A stretch of 64,000 nucleotides of DNA from Azolla caroliniana (taxonomy: Eukaryota > Plantae > Polypodiophyta), in NCBI GenBank assembly GCA_043228905.1, contig JBHGNT010000020.1, forward strand, positions 11,470,001 through 11,534,000, written 5' to 3'. This document shows positions 48,101 through 61,559 of the stretch, in pieces (the stretch's first letter is position 1; each line of letters begins with the position of its first letter). The notes beneath the pieces were generated by a model. The model saw nothing but the letters and a program-made list of their open reading frames with translations. It was not told the origin of the DNA and ran no database searches. Position numbers and translations under genes: made by a program.

Positions 48101-49433
48101 TTCGTTGCACCCGGCCAAAAACATCTAGTTTGCCAACTCAGGAAGAGTCTTTACGACTTGAAACAAGCACTACGACAGTGGTGTAAGAAGTTTGATGACT
48201 TCATTCAGTCGATCAGCTTCTCAAAGAGCGATGAGGACCACTGTCTCTTCTCGAAAACATCTCAAGATGGGTCACCCATCTTCCTCATCATCTACGTGGA
48301 TGACATGCTAATCTCCGGTCGGCAAGCCGGAGAGCTTGCCGAACTCGTTCGACACCTACGGTTGAAGTTTGCCATGAAGGACCTTGGTCCGGCAAGACAC
48401 ATTCTCGGCATGAAGATTAGTCGGAATTGAAATAGAAGACAATTGTTTCTGTCCCAATCTGACTATATTACTCGTGTCCTCGAACACTTCAACATGCAAT
48501 CGGCTAAATCTGCTTTGAGCCCGCTCCCCATTAGCCTTCGGATGTCTCAACGAGACTGCTTGACATCCGGTTCGGAGGGGGACATTATGAAGTTAGTACC
48601 GTATGAACCAACAATCTCGTGGAAATCGAAACTTCAGGAGTGCACTGCCACATCAATGACTGAGGTCGAATACATAGCTGCATCCGATGAGGCCAAAGAG
48701 GCCTTATGGCTCGGTCGGTTGGCTTGCATATTTCAAGAAGTCAAACCTAACTCGGCTCCAGTTGTCTACAGTGACAGTCACGGTGTTGTCACTCTATCGA
48801 GAAATCTGGTTCATCATAACGCCTCAAAGCACATTGACGTTTGATATCATTGTGATCGAGACTACATAAATTCAAGGAAAATCGGCCTCGAGAAGATATC
48901 TACAACCGATAATGTCGCAGATGGGATGGCCAAGTGTCTTTCGACGGACCGATTTCGATCCCTTCGGCACCAGATGGGCGTAACGAAGAATCAGTCTGAT
49001 TAAGTCGGACACTTAGGATGTTTTCGAACAATTGACTTCGACAGTTCAAAGTTCGGCTTTAGCTTCCACAACCTTGGCCAGTTCGGCCTTTAGTGTTTTG
49101 AACTTCACCAACTCGAACGAAATAACGATTTTTTCGAAAACTTTGTATCAATCTGTATTAAACATTTATTTTGATTTACAGAATTTCGATGTATACGCCC
49201 ATTACGGGGGAGTGTTGAATGCAGGTCTCTAATGAACGTATTCACATTGTCTTTAATGAACGTTTAGGCTATTTATGTAAATAATGAGAAGGGCAGTTGC
49301 CCTAAGTCAGTCAGTATATAAACTGACTTTGTAACCTAGTTTGGTGGTTGGTTGAAATATAGTTTATCTTGTGCCTAATCGTCTCTCTCTTGCGTTCTTG
49401 TTTGATCTTGCTGCTTGATTCTGTAGAACTTCA
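45120..49433 (+). mobile_element. Old, heavily mutated A-family Copia copy lacking its 5' LTR; PPT 49206-49212, 3' LTR about 49213-49433
   Basis: Collinear with E from MASTSGLSE (45260) to the end of RNase H, with many C>T/G>A stops and internal deletions. Confidence 0.9.
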
Positions 49434-51009
49434 TGACGTCGTTCCGGATGCTACTCGTGTAGCCTTCGTCATCCAGTCGACCGACTAATGAGATCTCCAG
49501 CTCTATAAGATGCGAAACATTCCCGGTTCAGGGTTAGGTGGAATGAAGCACCCAAATCGACCACCCATATTGATTCATTGCCGACAAGATTCACTTTGTT
49601 CTACTCGTTGCTCAGCAGCAATTCCTCTTCACTTGTCACCATTGCCGGGGTGTTCTTGCTTTCCGAAATCTTCTTCAACTGCACACCGTTGGCTCCCCCT
49701 TTTTCCTTTCGGAAATGTCGGCAATTTTTTTTGATGTGACGCGGCTTCCCGCAATAGAAGCATGTGAGCCTCCCCCTTGGCGTCAACCTCGTCCCCGACT
49801 TATCTCAATTCTAGGGACTTTGATTTCGGCCTCTTCCTCGATTCATGTCACTTTTTGTGACAAGGGCCTTCGGGTCGGTATTGGACTCTCGGTTCTTCTG
49901 GCGAGCTTCTTTATTCAATAATCTTGACTTCACCTACTCTAGGGATAGATGTTTCCCTTCCAGTCCCGCATTACCTAATGTGACAACTAGCATTTCCTAG
50001 TTGTCCCGAAGGGATCCCAACAACAATAATGCTAATACCTCATCGGCAAGAGGTACTTCTAGAGAGGTGGTTTGGTTCATCAGTCCTTGGAAGACATTAA
50101 TATGCTCCTCCATGCTAGAGTCGTCTTGATACTGGAGTCTCACGATTTTTCTGAAAACTTCGACTCGGTTCACGACGTTCTTGTTTTCGAACATTACGCC
50201 TATCTTCTTCCACAGGACATCAGCTTCTGTTTCTTCACCAATGTTGTTCTATAGACTCATGTATATGAAATACCTTATATATGTTGCCGCCTTCAGATGC
50301 AACACTTCCCAAGTCACTACATTGATCTTGTCTGGCCTTTTATCTCTGAACTGCACAGACAGCCAGAGGTCTTTGCACACAAGCATGTCCCACATCTTCG
50401 ACTTCCACACCGAATAGTTGGAGCAGGTAAGTTTGAACATGTTGAATGAGTCTTCCATAGCTCTGATACCACTTTGTTAGGATCGGAACTAGCCACAACT
50501 AGTTTCATTCTAAATGTTTGGCTACAAAGAATTGACAATGACAAACGAAAAACACAAAAACGATACACAAATATTTAACGTGGAAAACCCGAAAGGGAAA
50601 AACCACATGAGTCCTCGAACTCCGAACTAGATCAATATAAGGGGAGGAGTACAATGAGAATCTCCAAAGCAACAACCTTAAGCTCTCCTTCGTCAAACTG
50701 ACGGCCGTAGAGTTACTCGCTAACCCTCACTCTCTCACAGTTACAGAGGCCACTACTCATTGTAACTTATTACACTAATGATTCAACTACGCTCTAAAGT
50801 TTGCCCTAGTTTTTTATATACTAAAACAACTTTCTGGCTATTTACAAGTATAGCCCATGAGGGGCACATTTGGACTATTTACAAATATAGTCTTCCAAAT
50901 CGGATACTAAATCGAAATCGATTTCGGCCTCGGCCTCAACCGAATTACCTTGTGTCCTCGATTCGGTTCGTTCTTTTCTTCCCATCCAAAGGGACCTGTT
51001 TTCCCAATA
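49434..51009 (-). mobile_element. Old B-related Copia 5' part: LTR 50475-51009 (no 54-bp array), PBS-Met 50460-50471, gag-PR remnants
   Basis: MEDSFNMFKLTCSNYSVWKSKMWDML, CFYCGKPRHIKKNC, and shared LTR motifs with the B family. Confidence 0.85.
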
Positions 51010-51511
51010 ATATGTTGGGAGCTATTTACAACTCCACATGATAACACTACTTAAGTCTTTATGAAATAACTCCAGATAATGGGAGTAGTCTACTTGTCTA
51101 GATGATGGGAGTTGTTTCTAAATTTATGCCTAACATTTTGCCACAACATAAGTGAGGGGTGGATGTGGGTGTCTATGCCAACCTTAAAGAAATTTTATGC
51201 AAAATTCTTAAAGGTACACTTCAAGCTCTTTAATGGTATTATGTTCCCTATACTATGACTAGATTGTCTTGGAAGAGAACATGTTTATGGCATTGAACCG
51301 TTAATTTGTGTTAGTCAATACTTAGGATTATGCTCAATGATAGTTAGTGTGATTATGAAAGTGATTGATCACTATGGGTTCTTAATCAACAAGGGGAAAA
51401 CAAAAACATGTGAACCCTTACGGTTCACTAATCACAATATAATGAATGAAATTGACAAAAACAAGATTCAAGTTGGTAGGTGATCTGTACTTGCCTCAAC
51501 TTAAAAGCAGT

Positions 51512-52585
51512 CATGAATTGGAACTTGTGAAACACCCACTTCTAGCTTCTATTAAGAGTGTATTACTAATCAATAGACTAAAATAAAGTAAAATAAGGTA
51601 AACTTCTGTTAAGAGTGTATTACTAATCAACAGACCGAAATAAAGTAAAATAAGGTAAATAGATTGGATAGAAGAACCCGTTTCACCCGACCACCCTTGA
51701 GCTATGATCAAGACATAGCTAACCTACTATCATTGTCCCATACCAACAGATATTAGGATGACTAATACCTTGAAATCCTAGCCTGCACCACGGATGTCTT
51801 AAGACGACAACCTTAAGATGCAATGTGTTTTATGAGGGTAGTTGTTACTCCCTCCTGGAGGAAACACCGTCACTTATTCCTCCAAGTAATCGAATCAAGG
51901 TATTGTGGTGCGAAGAAGAGTTCGGATCATGGCACCCTGCCAAAACTATTATTCGAACTATTACGTGGTCTACAGACTTCCTTGTATTCGTGACACGTTG
52001 TCGTGAAGATCCGTCACTACGCGCAGATCGTGAGGCGGAACCGCCGGGGTTCTGGACCGGAAGGACTCGAAGTTGGCGCTAGCTTTAGTGAGAAAGGATT
52101 TAAGATAGATTGAAAGAGAGAAATTGAGATAAGATAGAACACTTGATTTTAGATTGAGAGAGATTTTGAGAGACAAGATATATCATCAATTGGATAACAA
52201 ATTTCTTACTTTTAATTTTAATTTTGATATCAAGTACAAAGCTTCCAAAAAATTTACATTAGTCCTTTCATCTTTTTGCCCCCCTCTTTTATAGATGCCC
52301 TCATGCATTTGAGGGTACAATACATGCATAAAATGCATGTTTGCCATTTGGCGCTCATGTATTACATGTAGTGCATGATAACCATGTCACTCATTTTAGC
52401 TCTCATGTATGAGAATTTACATGTAAATTTATAATGATAAAAATATAATCTCTAAAGAAATGGTTTTACTTAATCGTAAGCCTATTGCTTCCTATCTTGG
52501 AGGTGTTAAGTTCGAGTCTTGCTTACATCTTTTTCTTTTACGCACAAAATACTATTAGGCTTTTGGACCAAATATCTTTAAGACA
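51512..52585 (-). mobile_element. 5' LTR (51795-52585) with putative PBS (about 51777-51790) and leader of another LTR element
   Basis: 8-bp terminal inverted repeat TGTCTTAA/TTAAGACA. TGGTGCAGGCTAGG lies 4 nt beyond the LTR end. Tandem duplication of about 57 bp at about 51545-51659. Confidence 0.65.
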
Positions 52586-52729
52586 CCATGCACCATGATC
52601 AACCGACCCGACCGATCCGTCCAGTCCGCGTCCAGCCTCGTTCAATCGCCGGTTCCGCTCGATCACCGGTACCATCCGATCGTCGATTGTCGGTTTTGCC
52701 CGGTTTCCGACACCATCCGATTGTTGATT

Positions 52730-53003
52730 TCGCCGGTTCCGATTTGATTATCGGCCGGTTCCGGTTTGCTTTCTGGCCGGTTCCGGTTGGTGCCGGATTG
52801 CTTACCGACCGGTTCCAATTTGCTTTCCAACCGGTTCCAATTTTCTTTCCGACCGGTTCCAGTTTGTTTACCGACCGATTCCGATTTGCTTACTAGCCGG
52901 TTTCAGTTTGCTTACCGGCCGGTTCCAATTTGGTTTCCAGTTTATCGGTCAATTTCAAATTGATTTCCGGCCAATTCGGGTTCCATTACCGGTCGGTTCC
53001 ATT
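52730..53003. repeat. Degenerate tandem array of about 22 bp (CCGGTTCCAATTTGCTTACCGA-like)
   Basis: About 12 imperfect units, probably part of an LTR or UTR. Confidence 0.75.
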
Positions 53004-54566
53004 TTATTGCCAATCGTTTTTGGGAATTTGGCCACATTCATCCATCTAAACAAAGAGGCCAAAAGCACAAATGAAAAATAAGGGATCTCAATGTGCTTAT
53101 ATAGCCAGGGCATTAACTTTCCTATCTATGTGGGATATTTCACAATTTTATTTTTCTCTTTTTCTTTTGGAAAACTTCATACCCACATAAGTTGACACTT
53201 AGATGTTTGTATCTTATGTAGTAAAGTGTATCCGAAAGCTCTTCAAGACCTCCATCCTTTTGTAGTTTTATGTGATTTTCACACCATTGCCGAAAATCTT
53301 CACAACAACATACAAACCATTATTTAGACCTTCCCACTCAGATGGGGTACGATTGATAGAACAAGGGAAGGAATTCTGTGAGATCGGCTACAACCAATCC
53401 TAGAAACACGACACCTACATAGGCAGTACTTACAGTGACAATACTTATATACCAGTCCTCTATGCTCAACGCTTTACAACCATTCCTCCTTAATACTCGG
53501 CTCCCTTTGCTCATTTCACACAGTGTCCCATTTGTCCCATCGGTGAACACCTAGCACGCCCATGGGATAGTGCCTTGCACGTCGAACCCAAAAAATATTA
53601 ATGGAAAAATCATCACAAAACTGTTGCTCGTTACTCTTCGTCGAAAATGTGCAAGATGATGGGTGATTGTCGTGAGTCATCAGCTATAGTGATGAAGTCG
53701 GTCGGTTGCTCGACATGTGATAGTTGTTCTCTTGTCAGGTGGTCTTTTATCGTAGCCGTTGGTGGCTCTTCTCCCGTTGGCAATTCTGCATGCATATCCT
53801 TGGACTCCCTCTGTTGTACGTTTTCCTTGTGTGTTAGGGCTTCGTCTGGTTGGGTTTGTTGTTCGGTAGGGTGCTTGTTCTCGTCATTGGTATGTTCCCT
53901 TTGTCATTTGTTTTGGCCAGTGTCCTGCCTCTACCATTTGTTCAGGCTTGCTTACTATGGTTGCTTCTTCTTCCCCTCGTTTTGGGGCATCCGGTTCGGC
54001 CTTGGCCTAGATTCTTTCTTGTTCATATCTATCCAAATCTATGGCGAGTTGCAACTGCTCATCCGCAAATTCCTCGATTAGTTTTCTGATCTCTTTGTTG
54101 TGTGTTTGGCAAGGGCGTGGAATTCTTTGGTGAGGTCTTCTCGAAGTAGTTGGATGTTGTTATCGTCCATTTTGAAGAATCCTCAACCCTCCTTGCGATT
54201 CTTGTAATCTACTCTGAGGATTTGTAATTCGGCTGCTTGTGTTGACCATTCGTTCCATCCAAGAGCCAGAGTGCCCTCGATCTTCTCGTTCAACTGTTGT
54301 TGATGCTTTTCCAATAGCACCTTGAATCGGTTTTCACCCACTCATACTTGGTGTGAAGCTCTTGTAAATCGTTTGTGGTTGTCTAGGCGTCTAGTTCAAG
54401 CTTTGCTTTGGTAAGGTTGAACAAGGAGATGATCTCGTTGAGCTTCTTCTAGAAGAACTCTTTGTGTACTGCTTGTATTTGTGGATGAGCCTTGCCTTCT
54501 CCTCCTCGATCTCCTACTTGCAATGTTCCAGTTCTTGTTTAGATGTGTTTTGATGATACCAGAGAG

Positions 54567-55968
54567 CAGTGTTGCCTTTTGACGGCCGCTTTGACCATTT
54601 TTGGCAAATTTAACCATATATGAAGGTTAATTTGAAAATGAAACCGTCAATCCTGCCGGACATATATTTTATAAAAACGTAAAAATGAAGGTTTAAAATT
54701 TGTAAAGACTGTCAAATTTGGTTAAGGCCAAAACAATAGTACATGTATTAGTAGTTACAAATTACAATTTATAGGCTATAGTATATAGTTTTATTTGAGA
54801 AAGATAAATGTGTAAACATATGTTATGTGACATGATAAAGGAGAAGAAGTGCCCGGACATATGCATAGTTTGAAAATAAACTTAGGGCTTCTTTTATTTT
54901 CAGCTCATTCCTCTCTTTTGTTTGTTTCTCTCTCTCTCTCTCTAATATTGATAAAGCAATTCACAATTATACGAATCCCAATATTGCAAAATCTAAGGGA
55001 ATGAGACCATTTATAGATGGATCGCTTGAAAGTTGTATTAAACTATCTTAAAATTATGTGCAAAAGATTATTGATGGACTAAATGTAAGGTTCCCTGACT
55101 TAAGCCTCTTCAATGTAGCAAAATTATTCCGTCCATGCCATTATGTAGATGATGATGTGATTAGGGGTAGTAAAGCAAAGACATGGTTAGGAATTTTGAT
55201 TTCTCACTTACAACCAAATGTCGATGTTAATGCATGTCTTCAAATTTTACATGATGCAAAGGCTTGTGAAATGGAACTCTATAGGTTTGTTGATACTTTA
55301 AGTTTAAATTGTGAAGGTTATACTATGCATGAAGCTAGGCGTATGTTTTGCAAAATGAAGGATTTGCAAGTTAGTTTCCCTCATTTGATGAAATTATGGC
55401 ATGCTACTTCGGTTATTCCATCTAGCACGGTTTTGTGTGAGAGAGGGTTCTCTAATCAAAATCTCATCAAAGAGATGAAAAGTTAGTTTCCCTCATTTGA
55501 TAAAATTATGGCATCTACTTTGGTTATTCCATCTAGCACGGTTTTGTGTGAGAGAGGGTTCTCTAATCAAAATCTCATCAAAGAGATGAAAAGTTAGTTT
55601 CCCTCATTTGATGAAATTATGGCATGCTACTTCGGTTATTCCATCTAGCACGGTTTTGTGTGAGAGAGGGTTCTCTAATCAAAATCTCATCAAAGAGATG
55701 AAAAGAAATCGATTGAATATAGAACATTGAGATGATTTAATGAGAGTCTCATTGAATGGGCCACACATTGAAGAAATACAATGGGATCATGTATATGAAA
55801 ATTGGAAAGATGCAAAGGATAGAAGGGTATAATATATTGTTTAGTACAAATATTCGATGTATTTACTTTTTGAAGGGAAATTTTTTTGAGAAATCGTCAT
55901 TTGACGGGCAAATTTTTTGGAATACCATTCTCATGACATGCAATGTTAGTCGTCAAAAGGCAACACTG
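54567..55968 (+). mobile_element. Non-autonomous hAT DNA transposon retaining the C-terminal dimerisation domain
   Basis: Perfect 18-bp TIRs CAGTGTTGCCTTTTGACG, 8-bp TSD CCAGAGAG/CTAGAGAG, VIPSSTVLCERGFSNQNLIK motif. Confidence 0.92.
55369..55703 (+). repeat. Triplicated 112-bp segment inside the hAT
   Basis: Copies start at 55369, 55481 and 55592. Confidence 0.9.
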
Positions 55969-56290
55969 CTAGAGAGAGTCTTCCAACATATGCGTCTGGC
56001 TATCCATTTCGCACATCAATTGGTGTTATCGGCTGAAATCTCTATATAGTTCCTTGTGCTCGCGTTGGAGATTGATAGAGTTCTTCATTCCGATTGTGAA
56101 GCACTTGGTGGGATACTTCTTTTTGTTGTTGCATCGTGGCGGCCGATTCTTCTTTTGCTACCTGCATAGTCATTGCAGACTTCTCCTCATTTTCTTGAAG
56201 AGCGTGGTTGTATTCCTCCATCTTGGTGTTTTGTAGTTCAACTTCTCTCTGTTGTGCTTGCTGGGGGGTTTCACGGATGCGGGTGAACTC

Positions 56291-59200
56291 TGTAAGAAAT
56301 CAAGCAATAACACAAGAGATAGGAAGAAAATAACAGCGAGAGAGAGATCAAGAAACCAACATTTGTATTTTTCACACCACATGAATAGTGATTACAATGT
56401 GTATATATGAAAGAGAGGGTAGTTACAAAATGTTTTAACAAAAGAGGGGTATTTTAGGAATTATTATGTATTACTTTATTTATCATAATATGTTTTATTT
56501 GTACTTCTAATATTATACTTTATTTTATAATCTAACACTCCCCCATAAAATAAAGAGTTTATTTTTCTTTATTGATCTTACTGATGCTAAGACCAATTTT
56601 ATTACAACAATTCCAATGTTTTTGTTGTGGTACTGGCTTCGTCAAAAAATCCGCCCACATTGTTGTAGTAGATATGTAATGTAAAGAAATTTCTTTTGCT
56701 TCTACGAACTCTCGAATAAAATGATGTCGTGCTCTTATATGTTTAATAGCTAGCTTAATGCATGATTGATTGTCGCAAAATACTTTGACTTCATTAAGTT
56801 TTATGATGTCGAGCTCTTCATTGATCGTCATTATCCACAATCCTTCTTTCATCGTGAATGCCGCCGCAACATATTCTGCTTTGGTGCTAGAAAGAGCCAC
56901 AGATATTTGACAGTTGGTTCTCCATGCAACTGCCCCATCGGCAAATGTGAAAACCATACCAGATGTTGAGCGGGAGGTATCAAGATCCCCTCCCCAATCA
57001 GAATTTGTCCAACCAACTAATGGTTTTTGGAGCCAACCATTAATTTGGGACAAATTCCTAGATTGGAAAGACTTGTATTTTAGACCTATGTCTTTAGTGT
57101 ATTGTAGATAACTAAGAACTCGCTTTAAAGCATTCCAATGAGCTACTCCAGGATTCAGCATAAATCTAGAAAGAAAACCAGTTGAGGATAGACAAATCCG
57201 GACGTGTACAACTCACAAGATACCTTATACTTCCAAGGATTTGTCAATAAGGAAGTGTTTTCATGAGTTTCTCTTCTTCCACGGTCTTTGGACTATCATT
57301 GGATGATAGTTTGCACGGTATGATCATTGGTGTTGCAATAGGGTTACAATTGGACATCTCAAACTTGTGAAGAATTTCTTCGACCAACTTCCATTGTGAC
57401 ATGGTAAGTGTGCCTTCCGTCCTATTCCATGTTACCTTGATACCAAGGCAATATTCTAGTGGTCCAACGTCTTTGACGAGAAACTTCTCCTTGAGTTGAT
57501 TTATAGCCTTTCACATTGAAGTAGTGGAGTTAGAGGCAATTGGCAAATCATCCACATACACACCAATGATTACATAGTCACTTCCTTCTTTACGAATGTA
57601 ACGATTTGGCTCGGCTTGAAGACACCGAAAATTAATAGACATAAGAAATGTATGGAGCTTGTGGTGCCACATTCGCGGAGATTGTTTCAAACCATACAAT
57701 GACTTATGAAGCTTACAAACATACTTTGGGAATTTTGAATCTTCAAAAAACGGCAGTTGTTGCATGAATATTTCTTCATTTAAGTCACCATGTAAAAATT
57801 CGGTTTCGATATCCAAGTGGTGAAGTTCGAGATTAAAACCGGCCAAAAAAGCAAGCATGGTTCGTAATGGAACCATTTTTAGTGTCGGAGCAAGTTTTTC
57901 TTTAAAATCCACGCCAGGAATTTGTGAAAAACGACGAGCGACAACACGAGCTTTATATCTCGTCACTACACCATGTGCATCCTTCTTCTTCGTAAGTACC
58001 CACTTACTAGATATGACATTGCGATTCTTCGGTCATGGCACAAAAGTCCACATTCCATTTCGCATGAGTGCATCCATCTCCGTTTGCATCGCCGACTTCC
58101 ACATTTCACTCTTGGGACCATTAAGGGCTGCTTTTGGAGTGAGATTTATGTCTTCAAGTGGAATATCATCGTCATCATCTTCAAACTCGTCAATAGGCTC
58201 CAGTCCCAAGTCGGCCATAAGTGCTTCGAATGGACGTGTGGCTTCCATAATTTCGTAAATATTACAAAAATTTTGCTTGATTGGTTGCGGATGATCATCA
58301 AAATCTTCATTTGTTGGGTAAGTGTCGAGTGGAGAAGAAAATATATTGACATTAGGTGATGCTTCTGGTGTGAAACATGTATGTGGGTGACTTAAATTCA
58401 CATGAGAATTATTAGTTACACTTTGGCTTGTGTAAATAGGTGTGAATAGGTTAGTATCTGGTGAAGAATAACGTTGAGCAATTAGTTGTTCAAATGAATA
58501 ATTGGGGAAGCGGGAAGAGTTGGCGCTCTCCAAAAAGGTGTCTTCTTCTATAAAAGGACTACTCGCTCCACCACTCGAGTCCTTGCTCCTTCTCTGCGAT
58601 GGCATTTCCTTCTGCTCCAGGGGTTTGTCGCCACCGCCATCTCGCTACAAATCGAGTTGTTTACATTCAGGATTTTTCATTCGCCATTGACTTCCTCTTT
58701 TGTTAGGTACCTTTTCTAAATCTTTCACCAATATATCTTTATAACTTTTGCAATTTTGATGATCTTTCTTTTCATGATCTTCGGTCTGCACGTCGTGTAT
58801 GTCTTCATTTCCTATTTGGTCGCGTAAATAATCTTTGCACGGTGATCTCAATCCTTTCTTGTTAGGGTAGGTCGGATTATTGTACAAGTAATGAGTCACT
58901 CCTACATCCTCATCGCCTGCTAGAACATCTGCATGTTTTCGATTTTGAAACTGCTTTGAGAAACTCCTTGTGATCGAACCATCGTAATTTTCTATTTGGG
59001 AAACAATTGGAGTAATTAGATCATTAATCTTTAAATTTTGTTTAAAACCGCGTATCTCATGTTGTTTTTGTTGCTCAAGTACACTAATCTCATCAAATAT
59101 GACTGATTGGGTAAAGAAAAACTTGCGTGTATGTGGATCAAATAATTTGTATGCTTTAACTCCAAAAGATTCACCATATCCAATAAAAATACATTTTCTT

Positions 59201-61400
59201 GTGTGAGGATCTAATTTCTTCCTTTTGTCTACAAGTACATGAATGTAACCGATCGAACCAAACACTTGGAGATGACCAAGGTTAGGTATATGCTTAAACC
59301 AAAGTGAATATGGTGTTTCAAGACCAAGTATCTTATGTGGTGATCGGTTTTGCAAGTAACATGCAGTCGCAACTGCTTCTTGCCAGAATCGAAGAGGCAA
59401 TCCGGCAACTTGAATCATACTTCGGCATGCATCTAGGAGGGTTCGATTCTTGCGCTCAGCTATACCATTCTGCTATGGGTTGTATGGTACAGTATGCTCA
59501 TGCCTTATTCCATTTTCTTCACAAAACCTATTCCATTCATCACTGAAATACTCCCCTCCATTGTCAGTACGAATAGTTGAGATCTTAAGTTGCGATTGAT
59601 TTTCTACATATGCTTTGTAACTTGTAGATGCATTGTATGCTCTTGATTTCTTCTTAAGAAAGTATAATACAGTGAATCTTGTGAAGTTATCTATAAATGA
59701 AATAAAATACTTGTTACAATCTATTGATAAAGATTGCATCGGTCCACATAAGTCTTAATGAATTAGTTGTACTGGTCTTTCCGTCCTTTTCTGTTTGCTT
59801 ATTGGAAACTTTTGTCGACATTGCTTGCCGTAGATGCATCCCTCGCATATTGATATATAGCTAAATGACTTTGTTGGAATTCCTTCAAATAATTTATGAA
59901 CTTGACCAGTGTTCATCACCTTCGGGTTGCGATGACCGAGTCGATGATGCCAAAGCATTGTAGGATCAATGTGTGCAGCGCCTGACGCAAAGAGGGCTTG
60001 TATAGGAGTTTTGTCCTCATTTGTAAAGGGTAGAGTCTTCCAAATTTGGGGCAAGTCACTCTAAACATCTCACCAGTAGGTAATTCATGAGAAATAACGG
60101 CAAAAATATTATTGAATTGTATACTTGTTCCATTTTTTTATTGCTTCACTTATGGATATTAAGTTTCTCATTACACCTGGAACATAATAAATATTTGGAA
60201 TGCTTACCGTCTTTGTCTTATTTAGAGACAAGTGCACTTCCCCTTTGCCAATCGCGACTTTTGTGCCATGGTCACCGAATGTAACTTGGAGTGCTTGTGG
60301 AAGGGGGCAATAGTTATGTAGAAAATTTCTGTTATTTGTTAAGTGATACGTCGCCCCAGTGTCAAAGAACCAAAGGTCGTCATTGCCTTTCTTTTGATTC
60401 ACTTGACTTTCATTTACATCACTTGTAAAAGCTTGTATAAAATTATTGTCTTCATCTTCTTCACAATAGTTCATATTATCATTTTGAGGATAAGACTTCT
60501 TTCCTTTCCTTTTAAGATCAAATTGCTTCTTTCTACAATCTTTTTCAATATGACCTTGTTTATTACAATACCTACATGTGATTGTAGATATCGTCAAGCC
60601 TCCCATTCCATTTGATTTGTTCTTCTGTTGAAACTTTTGGTTGTTTGGAAAACGTTGAAATTTCTGCTTCGCAAAGTTGCCTCGATTATTCCTCATTGAG
60701 GCTGCCATGGCCATGTGGCTAGCCTTGTGTTGTGAACTTGTTCTTTTTCTTCGTAGTTCATCCTGCTTTAACTTTGCTACTAAATTTTGTAAATTTAAAT
60801 TTTTGTCTTCACTTTGAATACTTACAAAAGTCATCCATGATTCTAGTAGCGCTCCCATTAAAATCTCACATTTGGACATTTCATTGACTCCGCCATTCAT
60901 GCCGAGGCCGCTACTTGTAGTCAAGCGAGGAAGTCGATGAGCTCGAAAGAAGTGTTGTGGTGCAAAATGGCCCCGAGCTCAAAGGCTTTAGGTGGAAAAT
61001 CGAGGAAGGTTAGCATCATATCCTCCGATAAACGAGATGCATGTCCCTTCTGCATTTTCCTTGTCCGGGGCGACGACCACCATCGTGTAGTGTGCAACTA
61101 CCAATTGCAGGTTGTCGCCAGCGGTGTGTACCCGTTCCTTTGCATCGTTGCGCCATCGCAAACAGCAACGCTTCTTGGACAAGTTGAGTCCGGTAGCCAA
61201 GTCCTCTTTGTCCTGTGTGTCCTCTCAAGGTCATTTCTTTGTCTCTTCGGAGGGATGCCAGGTCTCGTCCCTTATATCTCGACGAGGCCTTGTCAATAGC
61301 TGATTGTGCTCATCCACCGAAACCTCGGGCCTAGGCTTGCTCCACCCGCAAATTGTGAAGTCTTCATCAGTGTTGTGGATCGATTGCTGAGTGATGACTG
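56291..61400 (-). mobile_element. Degenerate AT-rich Ty1/Copia element J; 3' LTR 56291-56537, PPT 56538-56544, 5' LTR not seen
   Basis: Gag CRYCNKQGHIEKDC, PR WFFDTGAT, INT RTDNGGEY, RT YVDD, RNase H NSDWGGD. Confidence 0.88.
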
Positions 61401-61559
61401 GATCGGCTCCTACTCTTGAGTCAAATCGGGTTGGATTAAAAATTTCTTGATCACAATACTGAAAATTGACAGACCATGACCTTACACACACATAGATCGA
61501 GAAATTTTTAATCCAGAAACCCGACCCTAAACCCTCCCTATAACATTATATATATGTCA

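Larger units (their letters stand above)
53280..56290 (-). pseudogene. Highly degenerate Gypsy gag/integrase-like remnants hosting the hAT insertion
   Basis: Gag-like coiled-coil and Q/N-rich reading on the minus strand, with a weak integrase C-terminal-like stretch near 53300. Confidence 0.4.
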
